Shown here piece after piece: positions 22,238-31,809 of a stretch of DNA of 64,000 nucleotides. The position numbers were made by a program, and so were the translations under genes. Source of the DNA: a virus (taxonomy: Duplodnaviria; Caudoviricetes); the IMG/VR virus record IMGVR_UViG_3300008111_000023, positions 12,183 to 76,182 of that record. One strand, 5' to 3'. Each line of letters begins with the position of its first letter. Positions within the stretch are counted from its first letter, which is position 1. The notes beneath the pieces were generated by a model. The model was given only the letters and a program-made list of their open reading frames with translations. It did not search any database and was not told the origin of the DNA.

Positions 22238-22906
22238 ATGAATAACCAAGAAGAAACTAATATGTCAAATACACCAGAAAAATCAACAGTTCCTGATAAA
22301 ATGCCAGACGAAGTTGGTGGTTTTCACTTCGAAGGGCATATAAAAATCTTTGATCCGCAAAGCGGAGAAGTTTTTATTGACAAGCGGAATGCAATTCATT
22401 ACGAAAACATGAGCGTGGCCATGGTTAATAGCCTCTCAAATCAAGGCCAGGGCACAATTTATCAAATGGTATTTGGCAATGGAGGCACAAACGTTGATCC
22501 AACAGGACTTATTACCTACTTAACACCTAACACTGTGGGTATTAATACCAGTCTTTACAATCAAACATTTAGCAAAGTAGTAGATCAAAATGCTGCCGAA
22601 AACGTAGATCCTGTTAGAAATAAAATGGAAATTAGGCATATTAGTGGCGCAACTTATAGCGATGTAATAATCAGTTGCATCTTAGACTATGGCGAGCCTG
22701 ACGGACAGGAAGCATTTGATAACAGTCAAGATATGAGTGGTAATTTTGTATTTGACGAGCTAGGATTGAAATCTTATAGTCCTAATGGAAATGGAAAACT
22801 ATTAACACATGTTATCTTTCACCCTGTGCAAAAGTCATTGAACAGACTACTACAGATTGATTATACAATTCGAATTCAGAGCTTGACCAGCTTCACAGAG
22901 GTATAA
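22238..22906 (+). CDS. Virion structural protein (baseplate/fibre attachment-like)
   Basis: FVFDELGL...LLTHVIFHPVQKSLNRLLQIDYTIRI resembles gp8/DUF3751-type baseplate-fibre junction proteins; structural context. May start at the second Met (22262). Confidence 0.6.
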   Translation: MNNQEETNMSNTPEKSTVPDKMPDEVGGFHFEGHIKIFDPQSGEVFIDKRNAIHYENMSVAMVNSLSNQGQGTIYQMVFGNGGTNVDPTGLITYLTPNTVGINTSLYNQTFSKVVDQNAAENVDPVRNKMEIRHISGATYSDVIISCILDYGEPDGQEAFDNSQDMSGNFVFDELGLKSYSPNGNGKLLTHVIFHPVQKSLNRLLQIDYTIRIQSLTSFTEV

Positions 22907-22909
22907 CAG

Positions 22910-24982
22910 ATGCCATATATTGTTAATTTTACCGATAAAGATAATAAACTGCCCATAACGGTTTATGATAATACTTCAAGTACTGATACCAGTTTAACAT
23001 TTCCAGGACGAAATGTTACAGGATACGGACAAACGATCGCTGAAAATTTTTTAGCATTGTTAGAAAATTTTGCCAAAGAATCACAACCAGCAAATCCTGT
23101 AGAAGGACAGTTGTGGTATAATACTGCCGATGGGATACTTCAGATATGGGATAGCACTACATGGAAAGCTGCAAGTAATATTCAGAAAAGCGGAGTTGAG
23201 CCAGCTACTGAACAAAGTAAAGTTGGCGAGCTGTGGGTAGATACTACTAACCAACAGTTGTATGTATATTCAGGAACACGTTGGATTTTAGTAGGACCTA
23301 ATTTTTCTACAGGTCTTAGAAGCGGACCTATTGTTGAAGCAGTTATTGATTCTGACAACGTATCTAAAGTTATTTTAATATTTTACATTGAAGACATTCC
23401 GCTTATCATCTTTAGTAAAGACAGCTTTACACCTAAAATATCTATTTCCGGATTTGTCACAATCAAATCGGGTCTTAATATAACAGAAAATGATGTAGGG
23501 CTTGGCGGATTTCCTACAAAAATTTACGGAGCAGCAACGTCTGCAGAATCTTTAGTAGTTGCAGACGTTGAAATTCCTGCAAATAAATTTTTAAGATCTG
23601 ATATTATCAATACTACTGAATACGGAATCAATGTTAGAAATAATCAAGGCATCACATTAGGAGTTGACGGTACATTTAGTTTGACTACTTCTGAAATAGC
23701 TTCTAAAATTTATAATTCTTCTTCTGGTAGTAGTATCGATCTACAGATTAACAAAGATGGTATACCGTCTACAGTGCTTCGTGTAATTGGAAACACAGTA
23801 GGTGTTAACATACTATCTCCAGAAGAAGCACTCCATGTTGACGGCAACATTAAAACAAACGGTGCAATAATTCTAACTGATACTACGCCGAGTAGTAATT
23901 TTAGTAATGGAACTTTTAGAACAGCAGGCGGCGCAGCAATTAGTAAAAATTTATTAGTAGGTGACGGAGTCAAGGTAACTGGCACTAGTGAAGTTGACAA
24001 TTTACAGCCTTCTACAACTGATTTTTATGACAGCGGAACACCGCTAAAACGTTGGAACACAGTTAGAACAAAAACACTAATAGCCGAAACAATTGAAGGT
24101 GTTCTTACAGGAAATATTGTAGGAAATGCATCTACTGCTACTAACTTGAAATTTGTTACAACTTTTAAAATGGAAGGAGATGTTACAGCTCCAAATTTAC
24201 AGTTTGACGGACAAGTAGGCGGAAACACAAAAACTTTTACAACAACTCTTACTTCGGGATTAATTAGCAGTAAGGATGAGCCATTTCCAAACATATCTAT
24301 AAAAGCAGACACTGTATTGGTATACAGACCAGGATCGGGTCTTATCAAAGAGACTAGAGATACGTTTGTTGCCGATCTAGGAGTTCCCATTGGGGGAATT
24401 ATGCCGTATGCTGGTGCAGAAGCACCTTACGGATATTTGTTATGCGATGGTAGTGAAGTTGAAAGAACTAAATTCAGTGACTTATTTGATGTGTTAGGAA
24501 CTACATATAACGGTGCTATTCCTTTAGTTGGAATTGGTACATTTAGAATACCTGACCTAAGAGGCAGATTTCCTCTAGGTAAAGACAACATGGATAATGC
24601 TGGAACTGTTCCTAATTCCTTAGGAGGATATGTTGACGCTGGAGGCGGAAACGTTGATAGGGTTTCTGGTACAGCACCTGACAACCTAGGCGACGGTGGC
24701 GGACAAAGTTCAAATATTTTAACAGTTTCAAATCTACCTGATCATGAACATAATATGAAAGGGTCTACGGGACAACAATATTACGCCACACGAATTGATA
24801 CCGCAATTCCAAGCGATACAGGATCGTTATCAGATAAAGGTCCTACAACTGTTGGACAAAGTCAGTATATTCCAACATCAGGCGGCATTAAAACTGCTGG
24901 AACATTAGGTCAAGAATTTAGTGTTATGAATCCGTTTTTAACATTAAATTATATTATTCGATCTGGTCCACCAGCATTCTAA
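22910..24982 (+). CDS. Tail fibre protein with tail-collar domain
   Basis: VPIGGIMPYAG..AP.GYLLCDG...FSDLFDVLGTTY...FRIPDLRGRFPLG (collar domain), LPDHEH and MNPFLTLNYII C-terminus; shares its N-terminal domain with the next three genes. Confidence 0.85.
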   Translation: MPYIVNFTDKDNKLPITVYDNTSSTDTSLTFPGRNVTGYGQTIAENFLALLENFAKESQPANPVEGQLWYNTADGILQIWDSTTWKAASNIQKSGVEPATEQSKVGELWVDTTNQQLYVYSGTRWILVGPNFSTGLRSGPIVEAVIDSDNVSKVILIFYIEDIPLIIFSKDSFTPKISISGFVTIKSGLNITENDVGLGGFPTKIYGAATSAESLVVADVEIPANKFLRSDIINTTEYGINVRNNQGITLGVDGTFSLTTSEIASKIYNSSSGSSIDLQINKDGIPSTVLRVIGNTVGVNILSPEEALHVDGNIKTNGAIILTDTTPSSNFSNGTFRTAGGAAISKNLLVGDGVKVTGTSEVDNLQPSTTDFYDSGTPLKRWNTVRTKTLIAETIEGVLTGNIVGNASTATNLKFVTTFKMEGDVTAPNLQFDGQVGGNTKTFTTTLTSGLISSKDEPFPNISIKADTVLVYRPGSGLIKETRDTFVADLGVPIGGIMPYAGAEAPYGYLLCDGSEVERTKFSDLFDVLGTTYNGAIPLVGIGTFRIPDLRGRFPLGKDNMDNAGTVPNSLGGYVDAGGGNVDRVSGTAPDNLGDGGGQSSNILTVSNLPDHEHNMKGSTGQQYYATRIDTAIPSDTGSLSDKGPTTVGQSQYIPTSGGIKTAGTLGQEFSVMNPFLTLNYIIRSGPPAF

Positions 24983-24993
24983 GGTAAACACAA

Positions 24994-26832
24994 ATGGCAT
25001 ATACACTTAATAAAACTGATGGAACAATATTAGCTACCGTTGCAGACGGCCAAGTTGATGAGCTATCAACAGATATTACACTTATTGGAAAAAATTATAG
25101 CGGCTTTGGCGAATCTATAAACGAAAATTTTATTAAAATTTTAGAAAATTTTTCTAGTACATCGCAACCATCTAGTCCTATTAGAGGACAAATTTGGTTT
25201 GATGCTAACGAATCAAAATTAAAAGTTTATAACGGAACAGGGTTTGTACCAGTAAGCTCTGCAACAATATCCAGTCAACAACCTATTAATTTAGGTGTAG
25301 GCGACTTATGGTTTAATGATACTGATAAACAATTATATTTCTTTGATGGTACTAACACTATTTTGCTTGGCCCTGATTATTCTGTTAGTCAAGGGGTTAG
25401 CGGATTACGTGTGGCAAATATATTAGACTCGTTGAATCAAAGTCGAGTAATTACCTACTTGTATACCAACGGAGTTCTAATAGGTATATTCTCAAAAGAT
25501 GCATTTACTCCAAAACTTCCAATAGATGGATTTAGCGGTAGTATTATTCCTGGATTTAATGCAAGTACATTAGCTGGCCTAAAGTTTAATGTGACTGCAA
25601 CTAACAGTGAAAAGTTAGGAGGACAACTTGCTAGCTTATATGTTCGAAATGACACGTCAAACATTATTAACGGACAGATTATTGTTTCTTCAAATTTAGG
25701 TTTGATTATAGGTGATGCCAACCAAGGACAATTCCAAGTACAAGATGGTAATTTAATTATTGCTAATATTGCATCTAACAAGCAGATGGTTTTTAACGTT
25801 CGTCGAGATGTTATTGCTGAAGAAGCAATTGCAATTAGTGCCGATACCAGAACAGTTAATATATATGACGGATATCTTACAAGTGAAGTAGACATTGGTG
25901 GAAACTTAACGATTCAAGGCAATCTTACAGTGAACGGCGATGTTGTCACAGTTAACACTAGTGTAATGACTGTTGAAGATAAAAATATTGTACTGGCAAA
26001 ACAGACAGGAGTAACTCCCTTTGATGCTAATGCCGCCGGTGGTGGCCTAGTTTTACAAGGGGCATCTAGCCATGTGTTTTTATGGCACGATGTTGGACAG
26101 ACAGCACAGGCTTCTAGTTCAGAAGCTATTTCGGGTGGTTATAATGATGCTATTCCAGCACTGGCTAGTCAAGCGTGGACAAGCTCTGATCACATTAATT
26201 TAGCTTCAGGAAAAGAATTTAAGATTGACGGAGTAACAGTTTTGTCAGGAACTTCGTTAGGAGCTGGCATTACCAGTATTCCAGGCGTTACTAGTTTCGG
26301 TACACAAACTCAGCTAACAGTTGATAGTTTATATTTTAATGATGCTGCAATCGAAGTTACAGCATCTAATACTGATCTAACACTAACAATTAACGGCACA
26401 GGCGGCCTAAATTTAGGAAGTAAGCGGATTAAAAGTGTTGCTGATCCTACTACAAGTACAGATGCAGCAACTAAAAATTACGTTGATAATACTGTTAGAT
26501 CTAGAAATCTTGTGCTTAGTATGGATATATCAGACGGAATTTCTAATGCAGGTATTGCCGCATTATTGGAGCAAATAGCACCAGTAGTCGAATATAACAA
26601 CGGTACAATAGCTAGAGTTTTATGTTCGTTCTTGGTTAACGGTACCACTAACTTAGATATTAATCCGTTGCTGTCAACATCATCGACGGAATTTGTTACA
26701 CCAACAGGAACAGCGTTTGGATTGAATAACATTAGTTTCACACCAGCAACCATTGCAGCACCTGGATTAGCAGTGTCTAGAACAGTTAAAACTTTTCAGA
26801 TTATAACGGGCGCATGGATATTTGTATCTTAA
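24994..26832 (+). CDS. Tail fibre/virion fibre protein, paralogue 2
   Basis: Shared N-terminus GKNYSGFGESINENFIKILENF...P..GQIWF; VEDKNIVL and VADPTTSTDAATKNYVD fibre/trimeric-stalk motifs. Confidence 0.75.
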   Translation: MAYTLNKTDGTILATVADGQVDELSTDITLIGKNYSGFGESINENFIKILENFSSTSQPSSPIRGQIWFDANESKLKVYNGTGFVPVSSATISSQQPINLGVGDLWFNDTDKQLYFFDGTNTILLGPDYSVSQGVSGLRVANILDSLNQSRVITYLYTNGVLIGIFSKDAFTPKLPIDGFSGSIIPGFNASTLAGLKFNVTATNSEKLGGQLASLYVRNDTSNIINGQIIVSSNLGLIIGDANQGQFQVQDGNLIIANIASNKQMVFNVRRDVIAEEAIAISADTRTVNIYDGYLTSEVDIGGNLTIQGNLTVNGDVVTVNTSVMTVEDKNIVLAKQTGVTPFDANAAGGGLVLQGASSHVFLWHDVGQTAQASSSEAISGGYNDAIPALASQAWTSSDHINLASGKEFKIDGVTVLSGTSLGAGITSIPGVTSFGTQTQLTVDSLYFNDAAIEVTASNTDLTLTINGTGGLNLGSKRIKSVADPTTSTDAATKNYVDNTVRSRNLVLSMDISDGISNAGIAALLEQIAPVVEYNNGTIARVLCSFLVNGTTNLDINPLLSTSSTEFVTPTGTAFGLNNISFTPATIAAPGLAVSRTVKTFQIITGAWIFVS

Positions 26833-26836
26833 TAGT

Positions 26837-26842
26837 TAAATA
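26837..26842 (+). promoter_or_regulatory. Putative late promoter (TAAATA)
   Basis: In the 26-nt gap before 26859, followed by GGGGAG RBS. Confidence 0.5.
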
Positions 26843-26858
26843 TGTAGGGGAGCGATAA

Positions 26859-28679
26859 ATGGCATACATCATAAACAAGTTTAGTGGCGGGCAATTAGTA
26901 GTGCTAGAAGACGGCACACTAGATACTTCAACCAGTCTAGGATTGCTTGGCAGAAACTATACTGGGTATGGTGAAGTACAAAATGAAAATTTTGTATTCT
27001 TACTAGAGAATTTTGCCAATGAAGATCCGCCTTCGCGGCCAATAACAGGTCAAGCATGGTATAATACATCGCTAGGATCACTTAATGTTTATAATGGTAC
27101 AGCATGGACCCCAGTGGGCTCGGCAACAACCAGCAATACAGAACCCGAAGGATTTGACGGTGCTCTTTGGTATAAAGATACTACTGATCAATTGTTCATA
27201 TTTGATTCGGGATTTTGGAAATTAATAGGACCAGAAGCAGTAGAAGGTTTTGGCGCTACTCGAATTAGAGCTAGAACAATATTAGACAATGCCAACATAG
27301 AACATGCAGTAGTAGAAATTTTAGTAGACGGCACAACTTTTGTTATATGTGCCGACGAACCATTTACCATTGACGACAGCAACTTAGTTACAGGATTTAC
27401 TAGTCTACAAGCAGGTACAAATTTTTCATCTAATAGACCAGCAATTGGACCGTTAGTTGGTAATGCTTCTAGTGCATCTAGATTAGAACCAGGTAGACGA
27501 ATTAACGGTGTCTTTTTTGATGGTCAAACAGATATTACAATTGGATCAAATACAACTAACACGTTAACAAGAGGCACATACTTAACAGGTGCAAATTTTA
27601 ATGGATCGGCAGCAACAACGTGGTCGGTAGATGCTAGTTCTGCTAACGTTATTGGTAAAATTGTTGCTAGAGACAGCGCAGGAGATTTTTCTGCAGGAAC
27701 TATTACAGCTGATTTAGTGGGGAATGTCAGCGGTAATGTGACAGCAACTACCGGAACTAGTAGATTTATTAGGGTAGAAGCCAACGAGTTTGTTGGTGCT
27801 ACATTATCAGGCAACGCATTTTCGACCACAAAACTAGAAACAGCAAGAACAATTAATGGCGTACTATTTGATGGTACTGCAAATATCACAGTTCCTGCAA
27901 ATGCAGAGACTCTTACAGGGGATAGGTTAGCTGTAGATATAAAGTATTCTAATCTAATTAGTGTAGGAACACTTCTTACTTTGCGAGTAAGCAATTATGC
28001 AACTTTTGGGCCTAGTCTTACTGAAAATGTAACAATTGGTTATTCGGATGCTACTAACCCTCTTCTAAGTAATGCAGGTTTTGTTAGCACAAATACTCCT
28101 TCACTCATATTATCTACAGGCGGTGCTGGTACCGGAGATGCGCTGACACTAGCCCTATGGAATAGTAATAAATCTTTGACTGAAGGAGGCGCTGCACAAC
28201 CAGCACTAGTGCCATTAAATGCAACGCCTCAAAACATAGGACACTCAAATTTTAAATGGAATAGAGTCTATGCTAATTATTTTGAAGGTATTGCAACTAC
28301 AGCACAATATGCTGACCTTGCAGAAAAGTATGTAGCAGATGCAAATTACGAAGCAGGAACAGTGCTAGAATTTGGTGGTGAATTTGAAGTAACACTAGCA
28401 GAAGACGGTACAGCTAGATTAGCTGGAGTAGTTTCCACTGATCCTGCATATTTAATGAATAGCAAGTGTGTAGGCAAACACACAGTTGCACTTGCATTAC
28501 AAGGTCGTGTACCCTGTAAAGTAAGAGGTAAAATACAAAAGGGCGATATGTTGATGAGTGGCGGTGGCGGTTATGCCCGTAAAGCAACAAACCCGCAAAT
28601 AGGTACGATTATAGGCAAGGCTCTAGCTGATTTTGATGGTGTAAGTGGAGTTATCGAAGTAGCAGTAGGCAGAGTTTAA
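26859..28679 (+). CDS. Tail fibre paralogue 3 with C-terminal intramolecular-chaperone/peptidase-G2-like domain
   Basis: Shared N-terminus; two R.INGV.FDG..(D/N)IT fibre repeats; C-terminal ADLAEKY...GVVSTDPAYLMN...ALQGRVPCKV.G...KGD. Confidence 0.75.
   Translation: MAYIINKFSGGQLVVLEDGTLDTSTSLGLLGRNYTGYGEVQNENFVFLLENFANEDPPSRPITGQAWYNTSLGSLNVYNGTAWTPVGSATTSNTEPEGFDGALWYKDTTDQLFIFDSGFWKLIGPEAVEGFGATRIRARTILDNANIEHAVVEILVDGTTFVICADEPFTIDDSNLVTGFTSLQAGTNFSSNRPAIGPLVGNASSASRLEPGRRINGVFFDGQTDITIGSNTTNTLTRGTYLTGANFNGSAATTWSVDASSANVIGKIVARDSAGDFSAGTITADLVGNVSGNVTATTGTSRFIRVEANEFVGATLSGNAFSTTKLETARTINGVLFDGTANITVPANAETLTGDRLAVDIKYSNLISVGTLLTLRVSNYATFGPSLTENVTIGYSDATNPLLSNAGFVSTNTPSLILSTGGAGTGDALTLALWNSNKSLTEGGAAQPALVPLNATPQNIGHSNFKWNRVYANYFEGIATTAQYADLAEKYVADANYEAGTVLEFGGEFEVTLAEDGTARLAGVVSTDPAYLMNSKCVGKHTVALALQGRVPCKVRGKIQKGDMLMSGGGGYARKATNPQIGTIIGKALADFDGVSGVIEVAVGRV
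28300..28327 (+). repeat. 28-nt exact direct repeat, copy 1
   Basis: cagcacaatatgctgaccttgcagaaaa, identical to 30113-30140. Confidence 0.9.
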
Positions 28680-28694
28680 ATAGCTTTATAGCGA

Positions 28695-28700
28695 TAAATA
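28695..28700 (+). promoter_or_regulatory. Putative late promoter (ATAAATA)
   Basis: Intergenic, upstream of the GGAG RBS of 28723. Confidence 0.55.
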
Positions 28701-28722
28701 ATAGTTAGAACGGAGTATATCA

Positions 28723-30480
28723 ATGGCATATCAAGTAGACAAATTTAATGGAACTTTTCTAGTCTCAGTTGACGATGGAACCATTGATACCACCACTGAT
28801 CTGCGTTTTGTAGGAAAAAATTACGCAGGCTACGGCGAAGTACAGAACGAAAATTTCTTGCATTTAATGGAAAATTTTGCAAATACTTCAGCACCACCCA
28901 AGGCAGTTGTTGGTCAAATTTGGTATGATAGCGGCAATAAAAAAATACGTTTCTATGATGGCGCACGATTTAGAACAGCTAGTGGAGCTGAAGTAGGCCC
29001 AACTGCACCTTCCGGATTACAGTCAGGCGATTTTTGGTTTGATACCAGCGCAGGACAACTATATACTTGGAACGGAACTGAGTTTGTATTAATTGGTCCA
29101 GAAACTCCTCCAGATCTAGGAGCAAGTGCAGTAGTTTCTCAAGTGGTAAAAGATACAATTGGCAACAATCATACCATTGTAAAGTTTCAAGCAGGTGGTG
29201 ATGTAATATCAATAGTTAGTAAAGATGCATTTACACTAAACAGTACAATTAATCCTATTACAGGATTCACAACAATTAAGAAAGGTGTTAATCTAGTTAA
29301 CACTAATGGTACAACAGGAGTTACATCCACAGATCATTATTTCTGGGGTACCGCAAGTAATGCAGCAAGGCTAGGTGGGTACCCAGCTTCAGAATATATT
29401 AGACTAGGTGAAGTATCGTTTGACAACGAAATTTCTTTTAAAGACACTGGTCTTACTATTGGCGATCAAAATGATCTGCGTATTAGAGTTGAAAACGGTG
29501 ATGAACCAGTTATTGAAAATCGATTAGGTAATACAATAACTCTAAGAATACGAGTAAGTGACAGCGATTTAAGAAACGTTGGAATTATCTCCTCAACAGG
29601 AATGATTCCCGGAACTACTAATTTCTTTAATCTAGGATCTTCTACTTCTAGATGGGCCAATGTTTATTCTACATTGTTTACTGGGAATGTATTAGGCAAT
29701 CTTACAGGTAATACATTGGGTATTCATAGAGGTAATTTGCTAGCCAACAATGAAGTTTTATCATTTAATGCAGATACTCAAACATTTATTGGTAGTTTTA
29801 CCGGTACACTTACCGGAAACGTAATTGGAAATATTACCGGAACATCTACCAATTCTTTAAGTTTAAACAGTCTAGTTGGCGAGCAAGGTGCCGTAGCAAC
29901 TTCAGTTGCACTTAGAGATGGTGCAGGAAATTTAACAGCAACTAGATTTATTGGAGTTACTGATAAATCCGATAGATTAAAGATTGATGACGTAGCAGTA
30001 GATACTGATCCAAATTATCGATCTGCAAGAACAACTAAAACTGCAAACTCTATTGCAGCTAGAGACAGTTCTGGTAATTTATTAGCAAATACATTTGATG
30101 GTACTGCTACCGCAGCACAATATGCTGACCTTGCAGAAAAATACCTTGCAGATAAACAATATGATGTTGGAACAGTGGTTGCAATTGGTGGAGAAAAAGA
30201 AGTTACAGCCGCTACATATGGTGATAGAGCAATTGGCATAGTATCTGCCAATCCTGGATTTATGATGAACAAAGATTTAGAAGGCGGGACATATATAGCA
30301 TTGAAGGGTCGAGTACCTGTAAAAGTACAAGGTACAGTTAAGAAAGGTGACAAACTTGTTCCGGCCCAAAATATGTACGGTGCTGCATCAGCTGCTAATA
30401 AATCTGACACAGATTATTTTGCTATTGCCCTCGAAGACCATCAGTCTGATTCGGGTGTTATAGAAGCATTGGTATTATAA
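28723..30480 (+). CDS. Tail fibre paralogue 4 with C-terminal chaperone/peptidase-G2-like domain
   Basis: Shared N-terminus GKNYAGYGEVQNENFLHLMENF; GNLTGN and ARDSSG repeats; C-terminal ADLAEKY...ALKGRVPVKV.G...KGD. Confidence 0.75.
   Translation: MAYQVDKFNGTFLVSVDDGTIDTTTDLRFVGKNYAGYGEVQNENFLHLMENFANTSAPPKAVVGQIWYDSGNKKIRFYDGARFRTASGAEVGPTAPSGLQSGDFWFDTSAGQLYTWNGTEFVLIGPETPPDLGASAVVSQVVKDTIGNNHTIVKFQAGGDVISIVSKDAFTLNSTINPITGFTTIKKGVNLVNTNGTTGVTSTDHYFWGTASNAARLGGYPASEYIRLGEVSFDNEISFKDTGLTIGDQNDLRIRVENGDEPVIENRLGNTITLRIRVSDSDLRNVGIISSTGMIPGTTNFFNLGSSTSRWANVYSTLFTGNVLGNLTGNTLGIHRGNLLANNEVLSFNADTQTFIGSFTGTLTGNVIGNITGTSTNSLSLNSLVGEQGAVATSVALRDGAGNLTATRFIGVTDKSDRLKIDDVAVDTDPNYRSARTTKTANSIAARDSSGNLLANTFDGTATAAQYADLAEKYLADKQYDVGTVVAIGGEKEVTAATYGDRAIGIVSANPGFMMNKDLEGGTYIALKGRVPVKVQGTVKKGDKLVPAQNMYGAASAANKSDTDYFAIALEDHQSDSGVIEALVL
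30113..30140 (+). repeat. 28-nt exact direct repeat, copy 2
   Basis: Identical to 28300-28327; encodes AQYADLAEK at the fibre/chaperone boundary. Confidence 0.9.
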
Positions 30481-30489
30481 GGATAAATT

Positions 30490-31401
30490 ATGGCAATCGG
30501 TGATTTCATTTCCGCAACAGATTACAACTCAATCAGAACTAAAATTATTAACGTCATGAGTACAGGATCCGGTAATTTTGGTTATGGTCAAACAACTTTT
30601 AGTTCTTTAGTATCTGCTGGAAATACTGTAACAAAAACACAATGGGATTCTCTTAGATACGATATCTACAATGCTATTCTACACCAAACTGGATCAGCAG
30701 CTTCGTTGGTGCAAGTGGCAGTGGGTGATGTTATTAGATTTGGTGCAAGCAATCCTAATTCTCAATATGACACTGTTGCTAATACCGCAGTTACCAATCG
30801 ATTCAATTTAGGAACTGGCCAGTTTGTAACAGAAGCAATTAACAGCACATCATTTACTTCATCGTGGTATCAATCAGTTAGTGCTACAGCATCGGTTACA
30901 TTTTCCACAGCAGAACAAGCAAGATTTTTCTTTAATGCAGGCGGAAAGATTCGATTTGCTAGCACCAGAACCGGCGGCAACGGTGAAGCACAAAATACTT
31001 CGTGGAGTAATTTATTAAGTTCTGCAGGAGCTCAATCATTTGTAGGCGGCCCCTCTGGAATTAATTTCTTTTCTTTAACTAGTGGTTTTCAGACTTTTGC
31101 TGAAATTTCAGGAAGCTCGGCATATTCTAATAACAAATGGCGTTTAGAAGCATCGTGTAATGTTGCAAGCAATACATTAGGAACCGCCAATGTTGTTAAT
31201 TTTAGAATAACGTGGTTAGATGCATACACTGATCCAGTACCAGGAGGCGGAACACCGGCAATTCCTCCTGGAGATTTAGTTGACGGTACGCTTACTCTAA
31301 CAGTTGATCAGGTTCGTCCTTCTGGATTTTTACAACCAAGTGGTACATTTACCACTGTAGGCCCATCGTCGTCTTCTTTGAGTGCAATCTCTGGTTCATA
31401 A
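30490..31401 (+). CDS. Virion structural protein (Ser/Thr/Gly-rich, beta-rich)
   Basis: S/T/G-rich composition, TFSTAEQARFFFNAGGKIRF motif, AAGGA RBS, follows the fibre genes. Confidence 0.6.
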   Translation: MAIGDFISATDYNSIRTKIINVMSTGSGNFGYGQTTFSSLVSAGNTVTKTQWDSLRYDIYNAILHQTGSAASLVQVAVGDVIRFGASNPNSQYDTVANTAVTNRFNLGTGQFVTEAINSTSFTSSWYQSVSATASVTFSTAEQARFFFNAGGKIRFASTRTGGNGEAQNTSWSNLLSSAGAQSFVGGPSGINFFSLTSGFQTFAEISGSSAYSNNKWRLEASCNVASNTLGTANVVNFRITWLDAYTDPVPGGGTPAIPPGDLVDGTLTLTVDQVRPSGFLQPSGTFTTVGPSSSSLSAISGS

Positions 31402-31408
31402 ATTTTAA

Positions 31409-31454
31409 TCCCCTATAAGACGCCATATAAATAATGTGCGTGTTTTATAGGAGA
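31409..31454 (+). promoter_or_regulatory. Late promoter TATAAATA (31426-31433) inside an RBS-sequestering hairpin
   Basis: Perfect T4-late consensus. CCTATAAGACGC pairs with GCGTGTTTTATAGG, whose 3' arm contains the start of the AGGAG RBS of 31459. Confidence 0.6.
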
Positions 31455-31458
31455 TACC

Positions 31459-31809
31459 ATGGACGACCGTCTAAAAGCTGCCTTAGATTTTTCAAATTAT
31501 AGACAAACCCTAGCAATTCAAAGAAAAACCCTTAAAGAAAAAATTGAGGGCAAATTGACTTACGGCCACTCCGGCGGTATATTTAAGATTGATAGAACAC
31601 TATTAGTTTTTGTTCAAATGCTAATTGATCAAGACAGAACAGAAAATGTTCCTCTAATTGATCAAAATGAAAATCCAATTTTAATTCCAGACCTACAAAT
31701 ATTTCGAGATGAAATTTTAGATAGGTATTTTACTGCCACCTACGAATATCACGAAGAATACGAAAAAATTAAATCTAGCAGGACCGTAGAAAAATTATTG
31801 AATATATGA
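31459..31809 (+). CDS. Hypothetical protein (first gene of the glycosyltransferase cluster)
   Basis: 116 aa, AGGAG RBS, 4-nt overlap with the next gene. Confidence 0.75.
   Translation: MDDRLKAALDFSNYRQTLAIQRKTLKEKIEGKLTYGHSGGIFKIDRTLLVFVQMLIDQDRTENVPLIDQNENPILIPDLQIFRDEILDRYFTATYEYHEEYEKIKSSRTVEKLLNI

Noticed and set aside
1110-30410. Many 60-156 aa antisense or alternate-frame ORFs inside the structural genes
   Set aside because: They are shadows of long, codon-biased genes on the + strand, lack RBSs and have no recognisable motifs.
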